Notes under the pieces: generated by a model
What the model was told of the DNA's origin: nothing
Seen by the model: the letters and a program-made list of their open reading frames with translations, nothing else
The model's database searches: none
Assembly (NCBI GenBank): GCA_048940445.1
Contig: JBHLON010000001.1
Location: 32,001 to 96,000 of the forward strand
Source of the DNA: Promethearchaeota archaeon
GTDB lineage: Archaea > Asgardarchaeota > Lokiarchaeia > Sigyniarchaeales > SOKP01
Reading direction: 5' to 3'
DNA length: 64,000 bases
In this document: positions 26,550-36,174 of the stretch, one piece after another
Layout of the letters: every line of letters begins with the position of its first letter
Position numbering within the stretch: position 1 is the stretch's first letter
Program-made: the position numbers and the translations under genes

Positions 26550-27602
26550 ATGGATGGATTTAATCCAAAATTTCAAATACGATCAAAATATCAAGAAAGA
26601 ATAAATGAGAAAATATCTCGATGTTTAATTTGTGAACGTAAATGTAAAATTACAACTGGTAACTTAGGATATTGTCAAACTCGCATTAATCTTGATGGAG
26701 AGATTTATAGTATAGTTTATGGTTTAATTCCCGCTTTATCTTACAATCCAATTGAAAAGAAACCACTATACCATTTTTATCCTAGATCAACTGCGATTAC
26801 GGTTGGAACATATGGATGTAATTTTAGCTGTTTTTGGTGCCAGAATTATCATATTTCACATCCCAGTGAAGAAATTCATCAATTAACGAAAGAGTTTAAA
26901 AAGTATATAGACCCGAAAAGCTTAATTGAGATGGCCATACAGCATAATTGTCGAGGAACTTCAATTTCTTTCAATGAACCAACGTTGCTTTTTGAATATT
27001 CGTTAGAAGTTTTTAAGTTAGCTAAGGCACAAGGTCTATACAATACATATGTAACCAATGGATATATGACTGATTATGTTTTGCAAGATTTAATCAAACA
27101 CGGATTAGATGCTATGAATATTGATATAAAAGGAGACGCGGATATGGTTAAGAAGTATTGCGGAGCAGATGTTGAGTATGTATGGAGAAATGCCAAAGTT
27201 GCCAAAGAGTTAGGTGTGCATGTTGAAGTGACTACCCTCCTAATCGAGAATTTCAATACGAGTAAAAAGGTAATAGAGGAAATCTCTCAGAGAATCTTAG
27301 AAGATTTAGGCAAGGAAACTCCGTTTCACCTAACTCGATTCTTTCCACATTATAAATCACGTGAATATAATTTATTTAACCCCACCCCTGAACATCTTCT
27401 ATATGAAGCTTATGAAATTGTAAAAGAAGTAGGTTTAGATTATGTTTATTTAGGAAATTTATCAAAATCCAAATATGAAAATACATATTGTCCTAATTGT
27501 TCTAAATTGGCAATTCAACGTTCTGGGTATACTGTTGATGTCTTCAATCTAGATACTGATGGTAAATGTAGGTCTTGTGGTAAATTCATTGCATATATCT
27601 GA
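26550..27602 (+). CDS. amrS: AmmeMemoRadiSam system radical SAM enzyme
   Basis: CLICERKC..GYC, NPIEKKPLYHFYP, GCNFSCFWCQN (CxxxCxxC), FNEP, VTNGY, TYCPNC..CRSCG. Confidence 0.9.
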   Translation: MDGFNPKFQIRSKYQERINEKISRCLICERKCKITTGNLGYCQTRINLDGEIYSIVYGLIPALSYNPIEKKPLYHFYPRSTAITVGTYGCNFSCFWCQNYHISHPSEEIHQLTKEFKKYIDPKSLIEMAIQHNCRGTSISFNEPTLLFEYSLEVFKLAKAQGLYNTYVTNGYMTDYVLQDLIKHGLDAMNIDIKGDADMVKKYCGADVEYVWRNAKVAKELGVHVEVTTLLIENFNTSKKVIEEISQRILEDLGKETPFHLTRFFPHYKSREYNLFNPTPEHLLYEAYEIVKEVGLDYVYLGNLSKSKYENTYCPNCSKLAIQRSGYTVDVFNLDTDGKCRSCGKFIAYI

Positions 27603-27680
27603 TGAAAAAATCAATTGAGTATTTTAATCTTTAACTTTTAAATAGAAACATTATTTTTTAATTACCAATTTCAATAATTA

Positions 27681-28520
27681 ATGACTGAATTATTCGCTGA
27701 TGTAAATGGAATAAAGATTTGTTATGAGATAAAAGGTGATGGTGCCCCTGCTTTTCTAATTCATGGTTTTGCATCTAAAAAGGAAAGCTGGTTACCTCAA
27801 TTCGGTCCTTTATCTGAACATTTTAAGGTGATTAGATATGATAATCGTGGATCAGGAGCATCAGATCGCCCAAATCAACCATATACAATGGAATTGTTTG
27901 CTGATGATCTCGATGGTTTAATGAGTTTCTTAAAACTTGAAAAAGCGCATATAATTGGACAATCTTCAGGAGGAATGATTGCACAACACTTTGCTGTAAA
28001 ATATCCTCATAAAGTAAATAAACTTGTTTTGATTAACACTATCGCTAAATTTCCAGAGGATAGGTCAGGTATAGAAGTTTATATTAATAGTCAAATCGCA
28101 AGATATGAAGCAAGATTAAAAGATCCAGTTAAAGCTTTCTTTGATTCTGCACCAAGTAGCTATACTTTAAAATTTAGAAAAATGATGAAAAATGATATAA
28201 AAAAAAAGTTTTTTGGTCTTTTTTCAGCAGAAGATTTAATAAAAGAGCCAACTATTCGACCTGCAAATCCCCAAGATATTAGAAATCAAGCAAATGCACT
28301 CCGTACTCATAATATATTAGATCGATTACATGAAATTAAATGCGAAACCTTAATTATGTGTGCATCAAATGATAGACAAATGCCAGTATCTGGGAATCAA
28401 CAAATTCATGAAAAGATTCCAAGTAGTAAATTTGTAGTGATTAAGAATGCGGGACATGGTTCTCCAAAAGAAAAAGCGCCTGAAATCAATCAAAACATCA
28501 TTAATTTTCTTAAAGGATAA
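27681..28520 (+). CDS. alpha/beta hydrolase (copy 1 of 3)
   Basis: LIHGF, YDNRGSGASDRP, GQSSG nucleophile elbow, ND acid, AGH His. Confidence 0.9.
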   Translation: MTELFADVNGIKICYEIKGDGAPAFLIHGFASKKESWLPQFGPLSEHFKVIRYDNRGSGASDRPNQPYTMELFADDLDGLMSFLKLEKAHIIGQSSGGMIAQHFAVKYPHKVNKLVLINTIAKFPEDRSGIEVYINSQIARYEARLKDPVKAFFDSAPSSYTLKFRKMMKNDIKKKFFGLFSAEDLIKEPTIRPANPQDIRNQANALRTHNILDRLHEIKCETLIMCASNDRQMPVSGNQQIHEKIPSSKFVVIKNAGHGSPKEKAPEINQNIINFLKG

Positions 28521-28524
28521 ATAG

Positions 28525-29370
28525 GTGATAAATATAACAGAACAATTTGCTGCTGTAAATGGAATAAAAATTTGTTATGAAGAAGAAGGGAAAGGTTACC
28601 CTGTTATTCTAGTGCATGGATTTGGAGGCAACAAAGAAGGATGGATAGGACAATGGAAACCTTTATCTGAGCATTTTAAGGTTATTAGATTTGACAATAG
28701 AAATGGGGGTAAATCAGATCGTCCAAACAAACCAAATAGTTTAGATATACTCGCTGATGATATTAAAGGACTAATAAACTATTTACAAATAGATAAAGCT
28801 CATATTATTGGCTGGTCAATGGGAGGCATTATTACTCAAAAATTTGCTATAAATTATCCTAATAGCTTAGAGAAACTAGTCTTGATAAATACCGTGATGG
28901 GATCTCCAGACGAAAAAGGTATTGAGATAATCAGGAATAATACTTTAGAAGAATTAGAGCTAAGAAAGGAGGATCAAGTAAAAGCATTTTGGAAAAGTGC
29001 ACATTTAGGTTTTTATTTTAAATTTAGAAAAGAAATGAAAGCAAATCCACGAAAGGAATTTTATGGGTTATGGTCAGTTGAAGATTTAATTAAATTTCAG
29101 AATTTAAATTCTCCAACTCCACAAGATATAATAAATCAATCTTATGCACTCTATCCGCCTATCACATATGAGGAATTAAAGCAGATTAACAATCAGACAT
29201 TATTGATTGCATCCTCTCATGATAGATTAACATCTAGTAAATCAATGATTGAAATTCAGCATGCAATCCCAAATAGCACATTAAAGGTAATTGAAAACGC
29301 TGGACATAATTCACCTCTCTCAAGAGCTCCCGAAGTTAATAAAGCAATAATTGAATTTTTGAAACAATGA
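28525..29370 (+). CDS. alpha/beta hydrolase (copy 2 of 3)
   Basis: LVHGFGG, FDNRNGGKSDRP, GWSMGG, HD, AGH. Confidence 0.9.
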   Translation: MINITEQFAAVNGIKICYEEEGKGYPVILVHGFGGNKEGWIGQWKPLSEHFKVIRFDNRNGGKSDRPNKPNSLDILADDIKGLINYLQIDKAHIIGWSMGGIITQKFAINYPNSLEKLVLINTVMGSPDEKGIEIIRNNTLEELELRKEDQVKAFWKSAHLGFYFKFRKEMKANPRKEFYGLWSVEDLIKFQNLNSPTPQDIINQSYALYPPITYEELKQINNQTLLIASSHDRLTSSKSMIEIQHAIPNSTLKVIENAGHNSPLSRAPEVNKAIIEFLKQ

Positions 29371-29382
29371 TATAGTTAAACA

Positions 29383-30234
29383 ATGACTGAAGCTTATGCT
29401 AAGATAAATGGAATTAAAATTTGTTATGATGTATTAGGTAAGGGATATCCTGTCATTTTAGTGCATGGTTTCGGGGACAAGAAGGAACATTTTCGTGCAC
29501 AAGTAGGCGATTTATCTGGATATTTCAAAGTAATACGTTTTGACAACAGAGGTGCTGGAAAATCTGATAGGCCTCCAGGACCATATACTATGGAGATTTA
29601 TGCTGATGATGTAAATGCATTAATGGATGATTTAGAAATTGAAAAAGCCAACATCGTGGGTCATTCATTTGGGGGTATGATTGTGCAATACTTTGTGTTA
29701 AAATATCCCCATCGTGTGAATAAGGTTGTTTTAATAAATACTTTTCCTGGATTAAGTAAAGCCGATGTATTCAATGAAAAAGGGTTTGAAATGTATCAAA
29801 ATAATGCTATTGAGGGGTCAAAGGAGTTTATGAAAGATCCTCTAAAAAATTTTTTAAAAGGTGCTAAATATAGCTACTCACGTCCATTCTGGAAATTAAT
29901 GATGCAAAATCCCAAAAAAAAATTTCATAATATATGGTCAGTCGAGGATTTAGTAGAAGAAAAACTTACAAATCCCACCACGGCTAATGATATAAAAAAT
30001 CAACTAGCCGCGATTAAAACCTATAATGTATATAATAAACTTCATGAAATTAAAAAAGAAGTATTAATTTTATGTGCTGAGAAAGACAAAACAACTCCCA
30101 AATTAGTTAATCAAAAAATCCATGAGCAAATTCCAAATAGTAAATTAGTAGTTATCAAAAAAGCGGCTCATCAATCTATTTTAGAAAAAGCTCCAGATAT
30201 TAATAAATATATAATAGACTTTTTGAAGGATTAG
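29383..30234 (+). CDS. alpha/beta hydrolase (copy 3 of 3)
   Basis: LVHGFG, FDNRGAGKSDRP, GHSFGG, KD, AAH. Confidence 0.9.
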   Translation: MTEAYAKINGIKICYDVLGKGYPVILVHGFGDKKEHFRAQVGDLSGYFKVIRFDNRGAGKSDRPPGPYTMEIYADDVNALMDDLEIEKANIVGHSFGGMIVQYFVLKYPHRVNKVVLINTFPGLSKADVFNEKGFEMYQNNAIEGSKEFMKDPLKNFLKGAKYSYSRPFWKLMMQNPKKKFHNIWSVEDLVEEKLTNPTTANDIKNQLAAIKTYNVYNKLHEIKKEVLILCAEKDKTTPKLVNQKIHEQIPNSKLVVIKKAAHQSILEKAPDINKYIIDFLKD

Positions 30235-30256
30235 AAACTGTTTATGATGATGAGCA

Positions 30257-31504
30257 TTAAATTTCGAATATTAATTCTTGAATTGTTGTTTCTTTCTTTT
30301 TCTTCTCGATTTTTTTAAATCCCATTAGAAAAGGAACTAAGGCTATAGCACCAATTACAAAACTTAAGGAAAAAGGAGCAAAAAAGTTAAGCATAGAATA
30401 ACCCATTAAAGGTCCTATAATTTGTGCGAAACTGTCTAATCCAGATGAATAGCCATTAATCTTACCCTGTTCTCTTGGTGATACAGATTGACTAATTTTA
30501 CTATTTAGAGGGCCTCGAGTTAAAGAAGCCGCAAAACTAATAACTAATATTAAAATAAAAAACATAATTACTGAAATAGAAAAACCTACAATTAAAAAAG
30601 AGACTAAAAACATACCTAAACCAAGCAATATAGCTCTATTTTCTCCTAATTTATTGATAGCAGGTTTAAAAAGAGTAAATCTTATTGTAGCTCGAAATAT
30701 TCCAGAAATCATTAATAAAATCCCAATTTCAGAAGCTTCCATGCCAAATACAATTTTGGCAAAAAGTGCTAATGATGACATTGCAATCATGAATGAAACA
30801 CTATGAAAGCCAAATAATGTTAAATAAAACATAGCGCTCTTATTTTTACTAATTTTAATTACGATTCTTGTTTTTAATTCATGAGATTGATGGCGTTTCC
30901 ATTTAGGCCAAGTTTCTTTTAATATAAAAATTGTAATAATCATAGTAAAAACAGATAATCCTGCAGCAAGTAAGCCAGGGAGTAAAAGTCCACCAAGACC
31001 GTAGAGGATTCCCCCAAAGGCTGGTCCAATAAGAGAAGCTAATACATGGGCAACACCTACATTTGCCATTTGAATACTTCTATCTTTTGGTGGCACTTCA
31101 TCACCAATAATAGCTTTTGCAATCGGAAAGTTACCGCCGAAAACGCCATCCACCATGCGTGATATAATAATCATCCAAATGGAATTAGAAAAAGCTAGCA
31201 TTAAAAATCCTGCAAAAGTGCCTCCCTGGGAGATTAAGAGTAAAGGTTTTCTCCCATATTTATCACTTAATTTTCCTAATAGCGGCCCAAAAATGAATGA
31301 GAACATGGCATTTACAGAAAGAATCATCCCCATTAAAAAATATTCTAGATGAAAATCGTCAGCAATATAAGGTGCCATTGGTAAAATCATTGAGAACCCT
31401 ATAATATCAATGAATACAGCAATCCAGAGTGGAGCTAGGGTTCGATATTTAAATATTTTCCTATTATTCGGCGACGTAATGCTATTTGGAGACTCTTCAA
31501 TCAT
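30257..31504 (-). CDS. MFS transporter (TetA/DHA1-like)
   Basis: GKLSDKYGRKP motif A, SRMVDG, IGPAFGG, about 12 TM segments. Confidence 0.92.
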   Translation of the reverse strand: MIEESPNSITSPNNRKIFKYRTLAPLWIAVFIDIIGFSMILPMAPYIADDFHLEYFLMGMILSVNAMFSFIFGPLLGKLSDKYGRKPLLLISQGGTFAGFLMLAFSNSIWMIIISRMVDGVFGGNFPIAKAIIGDEVPPKDRSIQMANVGVAHVLASLIGPAFGGILYGLGGLLLPGLLAAGLSVFTMIITIFILKETWPKWKRHQSHELKTRIVIKISKNKSAMFYLTLFGFHSVSFMIAMSSLALFAKIVFGMEASEIGILLMISGIFRATIRFTLFKPAINKLGENRAILLGLGMFLVSFLIVGFSISVIMFFILILVISFAASLTRGPLNSKISQSVSPREQGKINGYSSGLDSFAQIIGPLMGYSMLNFFAPFSLSFVIGAIALVPFLMGFKKIEKKKKETTIQELIFEI

Positions 31505-31596
31505 AAAGATTAATCCAATAATAGTCGATAAAATATCCTAAATTAAGTTCATAAAATAAATAAAGAAAGTTGATTTTAATCTTAAAGATTTTTGAT

Positions 31597-34353
31597 TTAT
31601 TCTAGTTCGATAGTATACTTTTGAGTAGCAAAAATTATTCCGTTTTCATCTATATTTCCACTATCAGTCTTTATATTATATGGTTTAATTGAAATTGTAA
31701 ATTTGTCATCTTTTGTCGTCCAACATGCAAGATTTAAAACATTATCTTGCTTTAGTAGCTTATCCATAACATAGAAATCATGTTGCGGCCCAAATTCACC
31801 CCAATATTTGCCAATATAAAATCCATTAAGGAAGATATGCGCATTGTGTTTTCCTTCTAAATGAATTCTTAATGGTATTCTAGTATTATCATCAACATTC
31901 AATTCAAAGGTGGTCTTAAACCATAAAATTTGATCTTTAGGTGTAATCGACGGGTTACCTTGAAGTTCAATCCAGTCTTTAATTTCTCCCAGATGATAAC
32001 CGAATTTCTCTCCTGGTAATCCTGCTGTATTATAAGCTTGTTCTAATTCAGTAACATCTACTCCTGCAATAAACCATTTCTTTTTAGTAAATCTTTTAGA
32101 AAATTTAGCAGAGATTATCCCCCGAGGATTTCTAACATCACATATTAAGTGAGGGATACGACTATGTCCTAAATTCTCTGTAAGAATATATAAAATATTA
32201 CTTCCACGTTTTAATGCTTTTCTAAGTTTATATTTTTTCTTTCCCAAAAATGTTGGATCTGGGCCATTTTTAGCTCCTGGAAGTAAATAAATAATACTAT
32301 ATGTATTATGTCCCCCAATGAAGTGATCATTTAACCATACAGCAGCTTTATTTCTAATATTCAATTTTAAATTGAGTTTTTTTACTCTTGAGATAACAAA
32401 TTCACATTTGTAAAGTATATGTCCACTGGTAAAATGATGATCTATAGGATCATTTTCTTGTTTGATATCAATTTCTTTCCAGATTTCGGGATAAGAACTC
32501 CAGTTTGTCCTGATATAATACCATTGCTTCAATTCTATTGCAGGAATTTCTAATTTTGGAACGAATGTTTTTTCTTTTAATCCAGGAATGGGTGAATTTT
32601 CAATTCTTTTAAATTCTGAAATATTATTTTTCATAGTTAATAGATGGACAGTTTGAATTCCTAAAGTCTCAATTTTGAGTCTCTTATTCTCAAAAAAAAC
32701 TGAATATGTCCCCCATGCTACTTGTAATTCATTATTAGAGAAATCAGCATTTATTGTTAATGCTTCATGAAGAGAGAGAACTATAATATATAAATTTTGA
32801 TTTTCTTTATTTGTAATACAAAAATAACCTTCATTTGGGAATAGAAACCGTGTAAATCTACCTTGTTTATGAGTTTCACAATTACCCTTAACTTTAAAAT
32901 CAGCACCCTTCAAGATTAATTCTCCACCATTTTGATAACTTGTAATTAACCATCCATCATGATATTTCCCTTTAACTATAATAGGTAAAGAGCAAAATAC
33001 GACAAAAAAAGTCCCTAGTTTATGATCGCCAACTGCTATAAATGAGTCTCGAGATTCTAAGTTATGAAGTCCTTTATAAGGAACTTCAAAATTTTCAATC
33101 ATTCGAACTTTAAAGTTTGGATTTTTATTTTTATTTAAATTTCTAAAAAAGAAAAATCGTGCACCATCTAGACTAATTCTTTCTAGGTGGAAGATTTCCT
33201 TCTCACTACATTCTAGACAAGGAGAGATAACTATATCAGTAGCAACGAGACTTTCATTAAAACTTTTAATGAAGAGATTAAATAATCGTAAATGCCTAAA
33301 TCTATTTGACATATAACCATATTCTCTTATACTTGCAGAATAGTCATAACTAGAATAAACATCCAAGTCTGGTACAGAGCCCCAAGAGGTCCCACCATAG
33401 AACATATACAGAAGCATCATTGTAGAACCTTGTGCAGCTATACTTTGCTCTAATAGTTTCTGGTATGTATGTCCATAATAATTATATAATTCATCATATC
33501 CATACTTAATACTCCAATGGTTAAACCAACCCCCTTGTAATTCTGGTATAAATAATGGAGAGTTAGCTGCATTTTCCCCAAATGATCTTACCTTCTTCTC
33601 AAGCTTATCTACTTTCTTTTTAAATTTTTTAGGTGACCATTCCGGAATGGGTAAAGATTTGGGGAATTTGGGGGCGAAAATTACATATTTATCAAAACCA
33701 TATAAGTCTACTATATCTTCCCATGAGCCTTCTTCACACCTATCATTATGAAAAATAGGCACAGTTATACCTAATTTTCTTGCTATAACTATAAGTTCTT
33801 CTATATACCTTTCAAGGCCTTTAAAGATTACTATTTTTTTATCATATTCATTTTCAACTTGAAACCCTAACACACAACCTTCGGGATCTTTAGTTATTTG
33901 GTGCTTAGAAATGATAGGAATGAATTCTTCATACCATTTTTTGCAAATCTCCATATATGTTGGATCATACTTAGATTTAAATGTTCTCTTAAGATTTCTT
34001 ATTAAAACTTCTCGTTTTGCTAAAAGCCATCCAGGAAAGCCTCCTGCATTTGTTTCAGCACATATATAAGGACCAGGAGCGACAAATACATATAACCCTA
34101 AATCTTCGCAAATGTTTAATAGATATTCTATGTCTCTATTATCAGTAAAATAAAACTTATTTTCATCTGGGTTGTGATAACCCCAATGAAAGTAAATTCT
34201 TACGCAATTTAAACCAGCAATTTTATACATTGTTAAAATATCTTGCCAACGGTCTCTATCTGGGCAACGCCAATAATGAAATTCACCTCCTATTAAGAAA
34301 ATTCTCTTTCCATCTATTTTCAGGCTATATTTATCCCATGTTATTTCTGACAT
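31597..34353 (-). CDS. glycoside hydrolase family 35 (beta-galactosidase/exo-beta-glucosaminidase-like)
   Basis: GGEFHYWR, PGPYICAETNAGGFPGWL, QVENEY (acid/base), PELQGGW (nucleophile), YMFYGGTSWG, SYDYSA, and C-terminal beta-sandwiches (FLNG..IGKYW..GPQ). No signal peptide. Confidence 0.92.
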   Translation of the reverse strand: MSEITWDKYSLKIDGKRIFLIGGEFHYWRCPDRDRWQDILTMYKIAGLNCVRIYFHWGYHNPDENKFYFTDNRDIEYLLNICEDLGLYVFVAPGPYICAETNAGGFPGWLLAKREVLIRNLKRTFKSKYDPTYMEICKKWYEEFIPIISKHQITKDPEGCVLGFQVENEYDKKIVIFKGLERYIEELIVIARKLGITVPIFHNDRCEEGSWEDIVDLYGFDKYVIFAPKFPKSLPIPEWSPKKFKKKVDKLEKKVRSFGENAANSPLFIPELQGGWFNHWSIKYGYDELYNYYGHTYQKLLEQSIAAQGSTMMLLYMFYGGTSWGSVPDLDVYSSYDYSASIREYGYMSNRFRHLRLFNLFIKSFNESLVATDIVISPCLECSEKEIFHLERISLDGARFFFFRNLNKNKNPNFKVRMIENFEVPYKGLHNLESRDSFIAVGDHKLGTFFVVFCSLPIIVKGKYHDGWLITSYQNGGELILKGADFKVKGNCETHKQGRFTRFLFPNEGYFCITNKENQNLYIIVLSLHEALTINADFSNNELQVAWGTYSVFFENKRLKIETLGIQTVHLLTMKNNISEFKRIENSPIPGLKEKTFVPKLEIPAIELKQWYYIRTNWSSYPEIWKEIDIKQENDPIDHHFTSGHILYKCEFVISRVKKLNLKLNIRNKAAVWLNDHFIGGHNTYSIIYLLPGAKNGPDPTFLGKKKYKLRKALKRGSNILYILTENLGHSRIPHLICDVRNPRGIISAKFSKRFTKKKWFIAGVDVTELEQAYNTAGLPGEKFGYHLGEIKDWIELQGNPSITPKDQILWFKTTFELNVDDNTRIPLRIHLEGKHNAHIFLNGFYIGKYWGEFGPQHDFYVMDKLLKQDNVLNLACWTTKDDKFTISIKPYNIKTDSGNIDENGIIFATQKYTIELE

Positions 34354-34368
34354 AGTTCCAAATTATTT

Positions 34369-35304
34369 TCATTTTATTGATTCTATTTCTGCTTGAAATC
34401 TGCTTAATGAAATAATCGAAATTAATATCAAAATGATTGAAACGAAAAAGAGTAAAGTATTCTCAAATATTTGGTGAAATATAAATAACCCCGCTAAAAC
34501 TGGTACTAATAAAGTAATAGCATTATGAATTGGAACAACCACAACTGCTCTGATTTTTTGAAGTGCCGTTTGAAAAAATACAATACTAACTAAATTAAAT
34601 ATAACCATCCCCCAAAATCCAATAAATAACCAAATGTGCAGATAATCTAACCAAAAAATACCAAATATGATTTCCCAAAAAAATAATGCATTAATATGTG
34701 CATCATTATAGGCTTGCGCTAAAACATTAGTAAAAGTAGCTCCGAGTGAAAATAATAAGGATCCAATTATCATAATAAAAAATCCTTCCCATTTTGTACC
34801 TCGTGTCTTTTTAGAAAGAAAAAAAGAAAGAACACAAATTAGAATAATTATTGTTATGAATAGCAGATAAGGAGTTAAAAATTCAGTGAAACTAATTCTG
34901 ATATCAGAAATAATTGCTAGTCCAATAAGTATTGGTGAAATAACTAACATACCAATCGATATAATTTCAAAAAGAGAAACTTTCTCCTTGAGTATCCTAA
35001 TAGCTGAAATAACAAAAATGATTAAGCCAATGGTAGATACCGGTTGTACGACAACAACTCCTACCATTCCCATCGCAATTACATAAGGAATCAGACCAAT
35101 TAAACCAATGATGGTCCCGGTAAGCCAAGATTTATTTTTACTGAATTCAATAAATGTTTTCAATAAATTTTTAATACCTTTTTCAATTTTTATTTCAGAA
35201 GATTCTTTAAGACCCTTCTTTTGAAGAACCATTGAAAAGTTAAAACAACACGTGGAAATGATGGCTACAAATATTCCCAATGTTGTCGTCAGAATATCAA
35301 TCAT
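34369..35304 (-). CDS. DMT-superfamily transporter, NIPA-like
   Basis: MVLQKKGL..KSWLTG..VVVQP..LKEKVS..FQTALQ..VVVP..GLFIFHQ; about 9 TM segments. Confidence 0.75.
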   Translation of the reverse strand: MIDILTTTLGIFVAIISTCCFNFSMVLQKKGLKESSEIKIEKGIKNLLKTFIEFSKNKSWLTGTIIGLIGLIPYVIAMGMVGVVVVQPVSTIGLIIFVISAIRILKEKVSLFEIISIGMLVISPILIGLAIISDIRISFTEFLTPYLLFITIIILICVLSFFLSKKTRGTKWEGFFIMIIGSLLFSLGATFTNVLAQAYNDAHINALFFWEIIFGIFWLDYLHIWLFIGFWGMVIFNLVSIVFFQTALQKIRAVVVVPIHNAITLLVPVLAGLFIFHQIFENTLLFFVSIILILISIISLSRFQAEIESIK

Positions 35305-35365
35305 ATGTTAATTAAAAGTCATACTTCTAAATAATCTTTTATAATTATTTATCAATAGTAATATT

Positions 35366-36169
35366 ATGGTAAAAAGGAATACAATTGATGCTTCAAAATC
35401 ACTAGAACAAGAAGATAGAAAAGTTGTAAAACTTCCTGCACTAGATTTTTTTAAAATAAATTTCATTAGCTTTTTAATTCCCTTTTATGCATGTCTGGGT
35501 CTTTTTCTCCTATTTGAATATGGATTTATTAACCTAGTTTTTGGTTTCTATAGCATATTCCATATAATCATTTTGCCTGGATATTTATTTCTCCTCTATT
35601 ATATCTATCTTATCCTAATAGTTGAGTTTACTGCTTTATGGGTAAGACATTGGAATAAGAAATCTCCCCCCCAACAAGGTGTGTTTGCACGCATTCTTGA
35701 TGATCATAATAGTCCCGAAGGAAAAATGATAAAATATTATCATAAAAGGGGATTTATAATAAAGTTCCCGATGTGGATAACATCAAAATCACCATTTCCT
35801 TGGTTGGTTAATCGAACTCTTAGAAGAGTTGGTCATAATAAAATTGGGAAGAACGTGATTTACTGTAATGGATATGTGGGTTTAGAATTCACAGATTTAG
35901 AAGACAATGTATTTTTTTATCCATCATCCGGGTTATCTTCTCATGAAGTCAATACCATTTTTGGAAAAATAACCATGATGGAAATAAAGATTGGTAAAAA
36001 TACAACTTTTTATCCAGGAGATATTGCTGGCCCAAATGCTCTTACGACTGATAACAGTGTAATATTTCCAAATACAGTCCTCCATAAAAATTGGAGAGGA
36101 AAACCAAATAAATTTTTTTACCAAGGTAGTCCCGGACATCCAATAGAGATTAAACACTTAAAGAAGTAA
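35366..36169 (+). CDS. membrane protein with C-terminal left-handed beta-helix (acyltransferase-like)
   Basis: Two N-terminal TM segments, then KIGKNV..IKIGKNTTF..GSPG hexapeptide-like repeats. Confidence 0.6.
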   Translation: MVKRNTIDASKSLEQEDRKVVKLPALDFFKINFISFLIPFYACLGLFLLFEYGFINLVFGFYSIFHIIILPGYLFLLYYIYLILIVEFTALWVRHWNKKSPPQQGVFARILDDHNSPEGKMIKYYHKRGFIIKFPMWITSKSPFPWLVNRTLRRVGHNKIGKNVIYCNGYVGLEFTDLEDNVFFYPSSGLSSHEVNTIFGKITMMEIKIGKNTTFYPGDIAGPNALTTDNSVIFPNTVLHKNWRGKPNKFFYQGSPGHPIEIKHLKK

Positions 36170-36174
36170 ATAAA

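Noticed and set aside
2016-27602. Selenocysteine recoding in the redox genes (Lokiarchaeia can use Sec)
   Set aside because: No protein appears interrupted at a Cys-equivalent position. The TGA stops fall at natural C-termini and no SECIS could be supported by eye.
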